In this document: positions 20,759 through 30,860 of the stretch, piece after piece | How positions within the stretch are numbered: the first letter of the stretch is position 1 | How the letters are laid out: every line of letters starts with the position of its first letter | Source: an uncultured Chloroflexia bacterium | GTDB lineage: Bacteria; Chloroflexota; Anaerolineae; Anaerolineales; E44-bin32 | Assembly (NCBI GenBank): GCA_963797485.1 | Contig: CAWCPF010000003.1 | Span: forward strand, 934,552-998,551 | Direction: 5' to 3' | DNA: 64,000 bases | Translations under genes and position numbers: made by a program | Notes under the pieces: generated by a model | Told to the model about the DNA's origin: nothing | The model's database searches: none | The model's input: the letters and a program-made list of their open reading frames with translations, nothing else

Positions 20759-20788
20759 ATAGTACTACTTGATGGTACTAAATGTCAA
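20759..20788 (-). promoter_or_regulatory. hicAB promoter with overlapping operator palindrome
   Basis: Minus strand TTGACA-18bp-TACTAT, 6 nt before the GTG start; TAGTAC-N9-GTACTA inverted repeat at 20760-20780. Confidence 0.7.
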
Positions 20789-20934
20789 CAGGCAATTTCG
20801 GCGTGCTCAAGGTCCAAGTTCATAAGCTGCCAAGCGCAGGAGGGTCGGCAAGCGTTACTTGCCTTTTTACGCAACATCCGGCAAAGTAACCCACAGGCTC
20901 GCGCCGCCACATGCCTGCAGCGAAGCGAAAACTT

Positions 20935-21009
20935 GGCGACGTAGCTCAGTGGTAGAGCAGGGGACTCATAAGCCCTTGGTCACTGGTTCGAATCCAGTCG
21001 TCGCCACCA
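20935..21009 (+). tRNA. tRNA with CAT anticodon (probably elongator Met), copy 2, with CCA
   Basis: Identical to 19570-19641 except GGGGA vs GGGAA in the anticodon stem; ends ACCA. Confidence 0.92.
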
Positions 21010-21011
21010 TG

Positions 21012-21042
21012 CAGACCCCGGTCGGACCGGGGTTTGTTGTTT
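21012..21042 (+). terminator. Intrinsic terminator after tRNA copy 2
   Basis: CAGACCCCGGT-CGG-ACCGGGGTTTG followed by TTGTTT. Confidence 0.72.
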
Positions 21043-21253
21043 CTGGAACCCGTCCGCCGGCGCTATTGACGCTTACCCGTCCAACCGCTGTGCGTGCTCA
21101 TCTTCCCACATGGCCTGCGAACAGCTTGATACCAGGGCTTCCTGAACGGCGCGGGCCGAGTTCAAACCATGGTCCCACCCGCCGGGGGACCGAGCAGAGG
21201 ACGGTGATGAGATTCTCACGTCGATTGTCCGGGTTTGGCCGGCGGGGAAGACA

Positions 21254-21286
21254 AGCCAGAAGCCCCCGATCCGGGGGCTTCTGGCT
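21254..21286 (-). terminator. Hairpin terminator downstream of pfk
   Basis: AGCCAGAAGCCCCCG-ATC-CGGGGGCTTCTGGCT perfect 15-bp stem. Confidence 0.7.
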
Positions 21287-21316
21287 GAGTGGCCTTGCCT
21301 CGCAGTGGGGGACGGT

Positions 21317-22480
21317 CTACTGCAGGAACATCGGCATCCCCAACGCCTGATCGATCCTGGGGACATAGTTCTCGGAATCGTAGAGCAGATCCAGGTTGGC
21401 ATGCCTAGGGCTCTTCTCCACCAGCTCGAGCGGCACGTGCGTGTAGCGGCCCTCCTGGATGGCCATCATGCGACCGAACTCACCTTTCTCAAGCAGCACG
21501 ATGGCGTTGCGGGCGAAGTTCTTGGCCACCATCAGGTCCAGCGTGTCGGGCTCGCCCGACCGCATCATGTACGACACCTGGTAGTAGGCCGTCCGGTGCC
21601 CCGTCAGCATTTCCAGTTTCTCGGCCACCAATGAGCCCACGCCTCCCAGACGTTTGTGGCCGTAAGGGTCTTCGATGGTGCGCTCGGTTTGCACCATCTC
21701 GCCCTCGATTTCGTGGGCGCTCTCAGAGATGGTCATGATCGCGTACCGGCTGGGGTTGGAGCGCAGGTCGCCCGTCAACAAGTCAGCCAGATGCTGCATA
21801 CTGAAAGGGACTTCGGCCAGCAGGGCGCGGTCGGCGTCAGCCAGGTAGGCTGAGAAGAGTGCGGTCTCACCCGAATATCGGCCGAAGAGCTCAATGATGC
21901 CAAAGCGCTCATGCGAACCGATGGTCGAGCGCAGCTTCTGGATGGCGTCCACCGAGCGAGTGATGGCGGTCGAGAAGCCAATGCAGTAGTCCGTGCCGTA
22001 GACGTCATTGTCCATCGTTTTGGGGATGCCCAGGATGGGGAACCCCCGGCGGTGAAGCTGGCTGGCGTAACCGAGCGTGTCATCGCCACCGATCACCACC
22101 AATCCATCGATCTGAAGGTGCTGCAGATTGGCCAGGACCTCGTCTGTGAAGTCGAGGCGTGCATCCTCCTGCCCATCGTACGCCGACTGCAGAAACACGG
22201 GCGCGCCCGACCGCTTCACTTTGGCCGGGTTGACCCGGGATGTATGCAAGAAGGTGCCGCCGGTTCGGTCCACGGTTCGAACATCGTCCGGCTTGAGCGG
22301 CCGGATGTACTCACGCTCCGTGTTCGGATCGTCCGGATTGTAGAAAAGCAGTCCCTCCCAGCCGCGACGAATCCCGATAGTTTGCATACCCATCGCGTCC
22401 AGGCGGCGGACAAGCGTCTTGAGGCCGGCGTTGAGCCCTGGAACATCTCCACCGCCCGTCAGAATTCCTATGCGTTTCAT
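21317..22480 (-). CDS. pfkA: 6-phosphofructokinase family protein (PfkA family, ATP/PPi)
   Basis: GILTGGGDVPGLN, GGTFLHTSR, IGGDDT, IPKTMDND, ELFGR. Confidence 0.88.
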   Translation of the reverse strand: MKRIGILTGGGDVPGLNAGLKTLVRRLDAMGMQTIGIRRGWEGLLFYNPDDPNTEREYIRPLKPDDVRTVDRTGGTFLHTSRVNPAKVKRSGAPVFLQSAYDGQEDARLDFTDEVLANLQHLQIDGLVVIGGDDTLGYASQLHRRGFPILGIPKTMDNDVYGTDYCIGFSTAITRSVDAIQKLRSTIGSHERFGIIELFGRYSGETALFSAYLADADRALLAEVPFSMQHLADLLTGDLRSNPSRYAIMTISESAHEIEGEMVQTERTIEDPYGHKRLGGVGSLVAEKLEMLTGHRTAYYQVSYMMRSGEPDTLDLMVAKNFARNAIVLLEKGEFGRMMAIQEGRYTHVPLELVEKSPRHANLDLLYDSENYVPRIDQALGMPMFLQ

Positions 22481-22644
22481 GGCGCTTCCTATTTTTGAAC
22501 TGAGCTGGGCACCGGGGTCAAGCCGCCGCCCCAGATCGGCGGGACCCACGAAGGTTACGCCGGGCCCACGTTATGCTCGATGTCGACCTCGCCGGCTGGC
22601 GAGCCCACCCCCAAAAGTTATCACACTTCAACCACTTTGGCGTC

Positions 22645-24054
22645 TCACTGGTGCCAGTAGGTCTCCCAGCCCAGGTAGGTGGTAAAGGCCTCGTTCAGGA
22701 CCGCAGCCACCGGAGCAGCGGTCATGGCGGTGTGATGTTCGAATCCGTGCTTGCAAATGTATCGCAACAGCTCCTGCATGCGCGGCAGTTCAAGGACGGC
22801 CCGGGTGCCAAACGTGTCCAACGGATCATCCGTGAGCCTGCCCTGGCTCACGTAGGTTTTGATCCTCCCGTGGCGGTCGTCGGTGGTGATGCGGGCGACC
22901 GTGACCGGAGACGCCTTGGCCATCCCCGCCACGGTTCCGTAGGTGTGATCCTTGCCCAGGACTGTGGCCAGGATTTCGGCGTTGGCCATCTTGGACTCGT
23001 CCAAGAAGCTTGTGGCCCAGTTTCCGCAGTGGAACAGGACGCACTTGTCCGGTTCGTCGCCGTAATTGTTGTTCCAATCCACCAGAGCGGACGGTTTGCC
23101 CGAGGCCAGCTGCAGGGCGTACATGGCCAGCGCGCCGGCCATATCGACCTCGCACGCCGTGGGGATCAGGCTCTCGCTCATCATGGACATCAGCGTGCAG
23201 GCATTGACGCCGTAGTTCTTCTGGACCGACGTCCAGCACTGGAAGGACATCGCATCGACTTCGTTCTCGGCCGCCCAATCGTTCAGCACCACGCCGAGTT
23301 TGGCCATGCGGATGAGCGCCTCGCCTGGGGCGGCCGTGGTGTCGATGTAGGCCTGGATGGCTTCCAGCTGCCGGGCGACCTTGGGATCCTCGTTGCCCAG
23401 CTTGCCGGCGGCCGAGAAGATATCAGACAGGTCGACCGTGTTGACGGTGATGCCGGCTGCCTCGAACAGCTTCTCGCTGTAGCGCACGGTGTTGAAGATG
23501 GTCGGCCGCGCCCCGATGGCGCCCAGACGCGCCCTTTTCAGGCCGGCGACCACCCGGCAGACGGCCACAAACTGGGCCAGCTCCTGCTTGAACTTCGGGT
23601 GGGTGGGCGCAACGGTGTGGTCCTCAGTCACGCTGAACGGAATGCCGTACTGGTACAGGTTGTTGCACACCGAGAACTTGCCGCAGAAGGCGTCCCGGCG
23701 GAGCTCGACGTTGAGCTTGGCGGGATCGTCCGGATAGGCTTGAACCAGCACCGGAACGTTCAGGTCGCTTAAGCGGATGCTGTCGGCGATGGCGCGTTCG
23801 GGGCCGAAGACCGGCAGCATGACCAGAATCCCGATCATCTCGTCGCGGTGTTTTCGGAACAGGTCGGCGCAAATCTTCGCCTCCTGCCAGGTCTCAACCG
23901 CCCCCAGATGCGTGTCGGCCTGATCCAGTACAATGGCGCGGATCCCCATGCCTTCCAACAGGCTGAGGATTTCGCGCCGGGCATCTTGCACTGGATCGGC
24001 GGGGAAGAAGTCTCTGGCCCCCATCAAGAGTCCCAGCGTGGCTGGCTTGTCCAT
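22645..24054 (-). CDS. L-fucose/L-arabinose isomerase-like protein
   Basis: RRDAFCGK, ACEVD, FHCGN, FGTRAV, GFEHH. Confidence 0.85.
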   Translation of the reverse strand: MDKPATLGLLMGARDFFPADPVQDARREILSLLEGMGIRAIVLDQADTHLGAVETWQEAKICADLFRKHRDEMIGILVMLPVFGPERAIADSIRLSDLNVPVLVQAYPDDPAKLNVELRRDAFCGKFSVCNNLYQYGIPFSVTEDHTVAPTHPKFKQELAQFVAVCRVVAGLKRARLGAIGARPTIFNTVRYSEKLFEAAGITVNTVDLSDIFSAAGKLGNEDPKVARQLEAIQAYIDTTAAPGEALIRMAKLGVVLNDWAAENEVDAMSFQCWTSVQKNYGVNACTLMSMMSESLIPTACEVDMAGALAMYALQLASGKPSALVDWNNNYGDEPDKCVLFHCGNWATSFLDESKMANAEILATVLGKDHTYGTVAGMAKASPVTVARITTDDRHGRIKTYVSQGRLTDDPLDTFGTRAVLELPRMQELLRYICKHGFEHHTAMTAAPVAAVLNEAFTTYLGWETYWHQ

Positions 24055-24172
24055 CAGCTCACCTCCGTCGGTGGAGAGCAAGGTCGATGTCGGATCCCGG
24101 CGCCTACACCACGGGCGGATGGCTTCGGGGCGCGGAGTCCGGCGCGGGAAAGGTCACGCTTCAAGATATCCT

Positions 24173-24197
24173 AACATTATAATATTATGATAATGGT
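24173..24197. promoter_or_regulatory. AT-rich putative GntR operator in divergent promoter
   Basis: AACATTATAATATTATGATAATGGT; shares ACATTATAA with the palindrome at 37866. Confidence 0.55.
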
Positions 24198-24284
24198 GCG
24201 TCAACGAAACATCCGGGAAAGCAGCCGGCTGATCGGGACGCGACTAGGATCGATCATAGCGGGTCCGGGCCGCAAGGCGGAACG

Positions 24285-25019
24285 ATGGACGTCATCAATC
24301 GGAACAGCAATCTTCCTCTTTATCAGCAGCTTTATCAGATCCTCAAGCATGACATCGTGCGCGGCGAGTATGCCCCGGGGACCTTGGTCCCGGCCAAGTC
24401 CGAGCTGATGGCGCACTACTCGGTCAGCCGAAGCACCGTCCGCAGTGTGATGGACATGCTGGTCAATGAGGGCCTGATCTATCGGGAACGGGGTCGCGGG
24501 ACCTTTGTCGCCCGCCCCCGCCTCGAGCAGGGGCTGACCCGGATTGTCAGTTTCACCGAGGACATGCTTCAGCGCGGCATCCGACCCAGCTCGAGAGTGC
24601 TGGAGTCGACCCTGCTCCCGGCTCCCACGGATATCGCCGAGCGTTTGGAGGTCGGCGCGGGTGAAGAACTCGGCCTGCTCAAACGGCTCCGCATGGGCAA
24701 TGGGGAAGCGATCAGCCTGGAAGAGTCCTATCTGGTTCACCGTTATTGCCCCGGCTTTTTGTCCAGGGTCGACTACAGCACCACGCCGCTGAGGCGGGCT
24801 TTGGAAGACGAATATGGGATTCGCTGGTCGCATGCCAAACAGGTGATCGATGCCGTCAACGCCGATCGCAGCCTGGCCGAGCTGCTCGGGGTCCCACCAA
24901 GAAGCGCGCTGCTGCGCCTCGAACGCGTGACCTGGTCGGACCGAAATGTGCCCGTGGAGTTCCTGAGGACGACCTATCGGGGGGACCGTTATTCCCTGTA
25001 CGCCGAACTGATCGCCTGA
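24285..25019 (+). CDS. GntR (HutC/UTRA) transcriptional regulator
   Basis: LPLYQQLY, YSVSRSTVR, RGRGTFV, YRGDRY. Confidence 0.93.
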   Translation: MDVINRNSNLPLYQQLYQILKHDIVRGEYAPGTLVPAKSELMAHYSVSRSTVRSVMDMLVNEGLIYRERGRGTFVARPRLEQGLTRIVSFTEDMLQRGIRPSSRVLESTLLPAPTDIAERLEVGAGEELGLLKRLRMGNGEAISLEESYLVHRYCPGFLSRVDYSTTPLRRALEDEYGIRWSHAKQVIDAVNADRSLAELLGVPPRSALLRLERVTWSDRNVPVEFLRTTYRGDRYSLYAELIA

Positions 25020-25029
25020 GCTCTGCGGG

Positions 25030-25215
25030 CTACGGGCGGTTGGAAGCCCGCGGCGTGATGTGCGAGACCACGATATAGGCCAGCGTGCTGTAGAAGGCCA
25101 GCAAGAACCCGGGTTTGAACAGGTCCAGTGAGAAGGGCTGGATCATCCCCAACATCCCCAGGACCATCCCGGTCACAATTAGGCGCATCAGCAGGGTATG
25201 CACACGGCTGTTCAT
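25030..25215 (-). CDS. Small two-TM membrane protein ending the ABC operon
   Basis: 61 aa with two hydrophobic segments; ATGA overlap with the ATPase stop. Confidence 0.65.
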   Translation of the reverse strand: MNSRVHTLLMRLIVTGMVLGMLGMIQPFSLDLFKPGFLLAFYSTLAYIVVSHITPRASNRP

Positions 25216-26312
25216 GAGGCTGTCCCCAGCGCCAGCCCCGTCTCGGCGTCGAAGGCGTGCTCGCGGCGAACGTTTAGTTCGAGCCAGATGGGCTGCCCAA
25301 TGTCTCCCCTGAAGGTGGGTGGAGATTTGATCTTCACCCGGTGTTCACCCACCAGGGCGTCGACGATGGTTCGATCTCCAAGCATCTCGACCACGAAGAT
25401 GCGGCCGGACAGGCGCTCGGGGCCGGCCTGCGTGTGCAAGGTGATGTCCTCGGGACGGATGCCCAGTGTGAAGTGCTTGGCCGAGGCGCCCGCCAGCCGC
25501 TGAGCTCGCGCTTCATTCAAAGGCAGTTGCTGCGGGGCCTCGGCGCTGGTAAGGGCGATCTGGTGATTGGCGGCCAGCTCAAAGGGTAGGAAGTTCATGC
25601 CTGGGAAGCCCAGAAACGCGGCCACCATCTGGTTGAGCGGCCGGTCGTAGACCTCGCGCGGCGTTCCGACCTGCTGCAGGCGGCCATGATCCAGCACGGC
25701 GATCCGGTCGGCCATGGTCATGGCTTCGACTTGATCGTTGGTGACATAGAAAAACGTGTATTCCAATTCATTGTGCAGGCGCTTGAGCTCGGTGCGCATT
25801 TCCACGCGCAGCTTGAAGTCCAGATTGGTCAGCGGTTCATCCATGAGAAACACATTTGCTCGGCGCACCAGTGCCCTGCCCAGGGCCACCCGCTGCTGTT
25901 CGCCTCCTGACAGCTGGGCGGGCCGGCGCTTGAGCAGGTGACCGATGTGCAGCAGGTCAGCCACTCGCCCGACCTCCGGCCGAATCACCGAACTGGACTG
26001 CCGACGTGCCCGCAGCGGTGAGGCCATGTTCTCAAATACGTTCCTGCGTGGATAGAGCGCATAGTTCTGGAAGACGAAGGCGACATTTCGTTCGGCGGTC
26101 GGTCGATCCGTCAAATCCGTGTCGCCGCAAACCACCCTGCCGGAGTCCGGCTTTTCCAGGCCGGCTACGCACCTCAAAGTCGTGGTCTTGCCGGCTCCAT
26201 TAGGCCCCAGCATGACCAGGAATTCCCCGTCTTTGATCTCGAGCGAAACATCCTGAATGGCTGTGACCGATCCGAAATGCTTGGTCAAACCTGCCAGTTG
26301 CACTCTAGCCAT
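25212..26312 (-). CDS. Sugar ABC transporter ATPase (MalK-like)
   Basis: GPNGAGKT, LSGGEQQR, DEPLTNLD. Confidence 0.95.
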   Translation of the reverse strand: MARVQLAGLTKHFGSVTAIQDVSLEIKDGEFLVMLGPNGAGKTTTLRCVAGLEKPDSGRVVCGDTDLTDRPTAERNVAFVFQNYALYPRRNVFENMASPLRARRQSSSVIRPEVGRVADLLHIGHLLKRRPAQLSGGEQQRVALGRALVRRANVFLMDEPLTNLDFKLRVEMRTELKRLHNELEYTFFYVTNDQVEAMTMADRIAVLDHGRLQQVGTPREVYDRPLNQMVAAFLGFPGMNFLPFELAANHQIALTSAEAPQQLPLNEARAQRLAGASAKHFTLGIRPEDITLHTQAGPERLSGRIFVVEMLGDRTIVDALVGEHRVKIKSPPTFRGDIGQPIWLELNVRREHAFDAETGLALGTAS

Positions 26313-26315
26313 GCC

Positions 26316-27401
26316 TCACCTCAACGCTCGGCCGCTGTCGACATCGAACACATGCATCCTTGACGGATCGAACTCCAGGCTAACGGGTGTGGACGCGGGC
26401 AGTTCGAGACTCGGTGGCGCCTTGGCCAGGATCACCTGACCACCGGGGATGCTCAAGCCGTAGATGATCTCGTCGCCCATGGGCTCGGCCACCGTGATCT
26501 CGGCCGGCGGTTCATTGGGCTGCGGGTTCGGATGGATGTGGACGTCCTCGGATCGGATGCCCAGTCTCAATGCGGCCTTGGCTTTGATGGCGCTGGCCAT
26601 GGCCGGGGTGATGGGGACTCTGAACCCGGTGCCGTCAGCGGCCAGAGACGGCCCATCCGCCAGGCGGACATCGATGAAGTTCATCGGCGGAGAACCGATG
26701 AACCCGGCCACGAACAGAGTGGCCGGGTGGTCGTAGATTTCCAGCGGCGATCCGACCTGTTCGAGCTTCCCCATATTCATGACGGCGACCCGATGCCCCA
26801 GCGACATAGCTTCGGTCTGGTCGTGGGTAACGTACAGCGTGGTGGTTTGGATATCGGCATGCAGGCGCTTGAGTTCAGCGCGCATATCAACCCGCAGCGT
26901 GGCGTCCAGATTGGTGAGCGGCTCGTCCAGCAAAAAGACCTGGGGGCGCCGGATGATGGCCCGGCCCAGCGCCACCCGCTGCTGTTCACCCGCCGAAAGG
27001 CGCGTGGGCTTGTTGGCCAGCAGCGGGCGGATCTTGAGCAAGTCGGCCACTTGTGCGACCCGGGATTTGATTTCGTCTCTTTCCACGCCGGCGGCCTTGA
27101 GCGGAAAGGCAATGTTGTCGAAGGCTGAGAGATGCGGATACAGCGCGTAGAACTGGAACACGAACGCGATGTCCCGGTCCGCCGGCGGCAGGCTGTTGAC
27201 CAATCGATCGCCGATATAGATGTCCCCAGACGTCTGCTGTTCGAGCCCGGCGACCGATCGCAGGGTCGTGGTCTTGCCGCACCCGGACGGACCCAGCAGA
27301 ACCAGCAGCTCTCCGTCGGTGACATCCAGGCTGACGTCATCCACGGCCAGGGTGCCGCCTGGGAAAATCTTGACCAGATGTTGGATCCGGATGCCGGCCA
27401 T
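26316..27401 (-). CDS. Sugar ABC transporter ATPase (MalK-like), second subunit
   Basis: GPSGCGKT, LSAGEQQR, VTHDQ; real start MAGIRIQ at 27401. Confidence 0.95.
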   Translation of the reverse strand: MAGIRIQHLVKIFPGGTLAVDDVSLDVTDGELLVLLGPSGCGKTTTLRSVAGLEQQTSGDIYIGDRLVNSLPPADRDIAFVFQFYALYPHLSAFDNIAFPLKAAGVERDEIKSRVAQVADLLKIRPLLANKPTRLSAGEQQRVALGRAIIRRPQVFLLDEPLTNLDATLRVDMRAELKRLHADIQTTTLYVTHDQTEAMSLGHRVAVMNMGKLEQVGSPLEIYDHPATLFVAGFIGSPPMNFIDVRLADGPSLAADGTGFRVPITPAMASAIKAKAALRLGIRSEDVHIHPNPQPNEPPAEITVAEPMGDEIIYGLSIPGGQVILAKAPPSLELPASTPVSLEFDPSRMHVFDVDSGRALR

Positions 27402-28276
27402 CAGCGCCTCACCGCCCCGAAAGTCACTCCGCGGAGCAGATAATTGCGCACCACGAAGGTGAAGATCACAATCGGCAGAATGAAGATCATTGACGAAGCC
27501 GCCATGCGGGCCCACTCCACCCGCCCGAAGCCGATGATCTGGTACAAGAAGGGCGGCGTCGTCTTCCAACTCTCTGAATTCAGCAGCGTCACAAACACGA
27601 ATTCATTCCAGGCGGTGATCAGGACGAAGACCGCCGTGGCAAGCATGGCCGGAAGCGCTTCCGGCAGCACCACCCTGGCGACCGCCTCGATGCGCGAATA
27701 CCCATCCACCATGGCAGCCTCTTCGTATTCCTTGGGAATCTCATCGAAGAACCCCTTCATCATCCAGACCACGAACGGCAGGCCCATGGTGATGTACAAA
27801 AACGTGACCCCGATGAAGCTGTTACGCAGCCCCAAGCCGCTGAGCATGAGGAAGATCGGGATGATGACCACGACCGGCGGCAGCATGCGAGTGCTCAGGA
27901 TGAAGAACAGCCAGTCGCCTTCGCCTCGGATCTTGAATTGTGAAAAAGCGTAGGCCGCCAGTGTGCCCAGCAAGACCGCCGTGCCGGTGGCGGCGCTGGA
28001 GATCACAATCGAGTTGAACAGTGCCTCCGGGAAGGATTGGCGTGCCCCCATGGCAGTCGTCGACAGAACGTCGCGATAGTTCGAGAGCGTGGGCTGGAAC
28101 TGCAGGAAGGGGATGAATTTCGGCGGGACGCTGGTCACATCCCCCGGAATCTTGAGCGACGACACGAACAGCCAAAAAAGCGGGAACAGGAAAAAGAACA
28201 ATACGGCCGACAGGGCCAGCCAGAAAAGCACCCGCTTGAGCCATACCATCAATGAACCTCGCGGATTCGAATTCAT
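27401..28276 (-). CDS. Carbohydrate ABC permease (MalG-like)
   Basis: EEAAMVDG EAA motif, AWNEF. Confidence 0.95.
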   Translation of the reverse strand: MNSNPRGSLMVWLKRVLFWLALSAVLFFFLFPLFWLFVSSLKIPGDVTSVPPKFIPFLQFQPTLSNYRDVLSTTAMGARQSFPEALFNSIVISSAATGTAVLLGTLAAYAFSQFKIRGEGDWLFFILSTRMLPPVVVIIPIFLMLSGLGLRNSFIGVTFLYITMGLPFVVWMMKGFFDEIPKEYEEAAMVDGYSRIEAVARVVLPEALPAMLATAVFVLITAWNEFVFVTLLNSESWKTTPPFLYQIIGFGRVEWARMAASSMIFILPIVIFTFVVRNYLLRGVTFGAVRR

Positions 28277-28295
28277 GGGCTGGATTCCCTTATGC

Positions 28296-29244
28296 TTAAT
28301 GGGTTGGATCTGACTTCATTTGATTGAGCATCCGGATCAGCAAGTTCGACAGAGCGATGATTACGATGAGCATGATGTAGCCGACCGCCGAAGCCCTGCC
28401 TGTGTTGAACTCGCCGAAGGCCATCCTGTACAGGTAGAGCGGCAAGACCTTGGTGAAGTCTCCCGGTCCGCCGCCGGTCAGGACCCATGCGAGTTCGAAG
28501 AGCTTGTAGGTGTCCATGAGCCGAAACAGGATCCCGATCAGGAGCAGCGGCGAGACCATCGGCAGGGTGATGTTCCAAAACTTGAACCAGCCTGACGCCC
28601 GGTCCACATCCGCCGCCTCGTACAAGTACTTGGGCACCGCCGTTAGACCGGCCAGCGAAATCAGCATGATGAAGGGCGTCCACTGCCAGGCATCCACCAG
28701 GATCAGGGACACCACCGCCCAATGGCGATCCGTCAGCCACGTGATGGTGCTGCCCGCCATCACGTCCCGGATGAAGTAGTTCACGATGCCGATGTCGGCC
28801 TGGAGCATGAACCGCCAGAACAAGGCCACCACCACCGGCGTGAGCATCATGGGGATCAGGATCAACGTGGACAGCAACCCGCGCCCTCGCCGGAGCCGGT
28901 TCAGGAGCAGGGCCACACAGAAGCCCAACAAGAACTCGACCACGACGGTAGGGATAACAAAGCTAGCGGACAGCTGAAACCGGGACCACAGCTCATGGCT
29001 GGCCAGCAAGTTGTTGTAGTTGGCCAGCCCGATCCACTTCGCGTCCAGCCAGGTGGGATAGGCATTGACCGAATAGTCGGTGAAACTCAAGTAGAGCGAC
29101 CAGACCATTGGGAAGAGGGTGATCAGGAGCAGGAGCACAATCGTCGGCATCAGGAAGAGCCTGGAAAGTCCCCGGTCACTGAGCCAGCCAAAGCGCGGCC
29201 GAACCGAGTCAAGAAGGAGACGAGCGAGTCACAGAGTTGGCCAT
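28296..29244 (-). CDS. Carbohydrate ABC permease (MalF-like); N-terminus apparently frameshifted
   Basis: DAWQWTPF, YEAADVD, LTGGGPG; likely start MANSVTR at 29244 lies in another frame. Confidence 0.88.
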
Positions 29245-29366
29245 GCGGTCCATCCTGATTGCCTTTGATCAACCTCTACCGTGCCAAGTTCCACGTTCGA
29301 CGAGCCAGATAAGTCCGGGAGGGGGGCTGGGGACCAGCCCCCCTCGAAGTTCAGATTGAACGGAGC

Positions 29367-30707
29367 CTACTGTGACGGCGGGCCGTTGGGATAGGCTTCG
29401 TCGATGATCGCCTGCTGATCCTGGGCGAGCTTGTCCAGGGCTTCCTGCGGCGTCATCTGGCCCGTCACGGCCAGGTTCAGATACTCGCCTTGCTTGGTCA
29501 TCAACCCATAGTACTCGGGCAGATTGTAGAAGTCCTTGACCAGCGGATAGGCTTCGGCGAACACGCCGTTGAACGGCGCGGCGTTCTTGAAGGCATCGGA
29601 CGCCAGGACCTTGTTCTCGGCGCTGTAGCCGCCCATCGACACCCACTTGATTTGGGTGTCATAGGACTCCAGCCACTTGAGGAAAGCCAGGGCTGCCGGC
29701 TGATCCTCAGTGTAGGCGCTCACATTAATGCCCATGCCGCCGAGCTGCAGGATGTGCGCAGCCGGTCCGGCAGGGGGCACCATGAAGCCCATGTTCGGGA
29801 ACTCAGTGCAGTTCGCCGGGTCGGTCCAGCCGGCCATGACGCCCACCCAAAGTGAGGTCATTGCCGCCTTGCCGTTGCACATGGCGTCCGAGATCTCGCC
29901 GTACGACCAGTTGCCCGCGCCCTCGGGGCCGGCCAGGTACAGGTCGCGCGCCAGTTGCAGCGCTTCAACGTTCTGGGGGCTATTGACCACACCCTCGAAT
30001 GTGTAGGTCGCCGGATCCCACAGATCGCCGCCATACGACCAGGCGAGCTCGTTCCACGCCGACTGGATCTGGTCACCACTGCCGATCCAGAACCACGCGA
30101 AACCGTCGTACTTGCCGCCGGCCTTGATCGTCTGAGCGGCCTCGAGCAGCGCCGCCCAGGTGGTCAGGGTCGTCGGGTCGATGTTGTACTCGGCCAGGAT
30201 GTTCTTGTTGAAAGCCACTTCCTGGACGTCGGCCATGATCGGGGCCCCGTAGTAGCGGCCGCTGTCTGGCGGATACTCGCCGTAGGCCTTCAGGGCGAGC
30301 GGGACATAGTCATCGAACGGGGTTTCCGTCTTGAGGAAATCGGTCAGGTCGATGATGTGCCCACCCTTCACCGCCTCGCCGGTCCACTGGCTGTCGACGA
30401 TCGGGAGATCGACGCCGCCCTTGGCCGCAAAGTCGGTGAAGATTGAGTCATGCCACTGCTCATAGGGGACGCAGTTGACGCTGACATTCGCATCCGGGTA
30501 ATCGGTCACCAGCTTGGCCAGCGCGTCGCACGGCGGCCAGGCGAACCAGGTGATTGACAGCTCGGGCTTGGCGGCGGGGGGTTGCGTGGGTTGGGTGGCG
30601 CCCGTCCCGCCGGGGGCCGGGGTTGCCGCCTGGCCGCACGCCGCCAGGAGCATGGACAGCAGCATCAAAATGCTGGCCGCCGTGATCAGGTTACGATTTC
30701 TAGGCAT
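29367..30707 (-). CDS. Sugar ABC substrate-binding lipoprotein
   Basis: Signal peptide with LAAC lipobox, Pro/Thr-rich linker, DSQWTGE, family-1 SBP size. Confidence 0.92.
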   Translation of the reverse strand: MPRNRNLITAASILMLLSMLLAACGQAATPAPGGTGATQPTQPPAAKPELSITWFAWPPCDALAKLVTDYPDANVSVNCVPYEQWHDSIFTDFAAKGGVDLPIVDSQWTGEAVKGGHIIDLTDFLKTETPFDDYVPLALKAYGEYPPDSGRYYGAPIMADVQEVAFNKNILAEYNIDPTTLTTWAALLEAAQTIKAGGKYDGFAWFWIGSGDQIQSAWNELAWSYGGDLWDPATYTFEGVVNSPQNVEALQLARDLYLAGPEGAGNWSYGEISDAMCNGKAAMTSLWVGVMAGWTDPANCTEFPNMGFMVPPAGPAAHILQLGGMGINVSAYTEDQPAALAFLKWLESYDTQIKWVSMGGYSAENKVLASDAFKNAAPFNGVFAEAYPLVKDFYNLPEYYGLMTKQGEYLNLAVTGQMTPQEALDKLAQDQQAIIDEAYPNGPPSQ

Positions 30708-30860
30708 TGTATTCTCCTCCTGTTTTCACAGGACTGAGCGCTTTGCGCAGGGCGTCGCTCGGTTGGCACTTGCCCTGGCGCAGCTTGGCGGATCGGTACG
30801 ATGGACTGAATAGGGTTGGACCGCCGGTCTTTCACCTCCTCCCTGCTGATGGGCTGGGTC

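Noticed and set aside
19570-21009. Direct repeat as a CRISPR array, or tRNA-Ile2 assignment
   Set aside because: Only two copies, both tRNA cloverleaves, and no cas genes. The GGCGACG acceptor stem lacks the C4/C5 typical of Ile2, so Met is favoured though not certain.
19584-21350. ORFs 19584-20063 and 20859-21350 sharing VEQGTHKPLVTGSNPVVAT
   Set aside because: The shared peptide is just the translation of the duplicated tRNA
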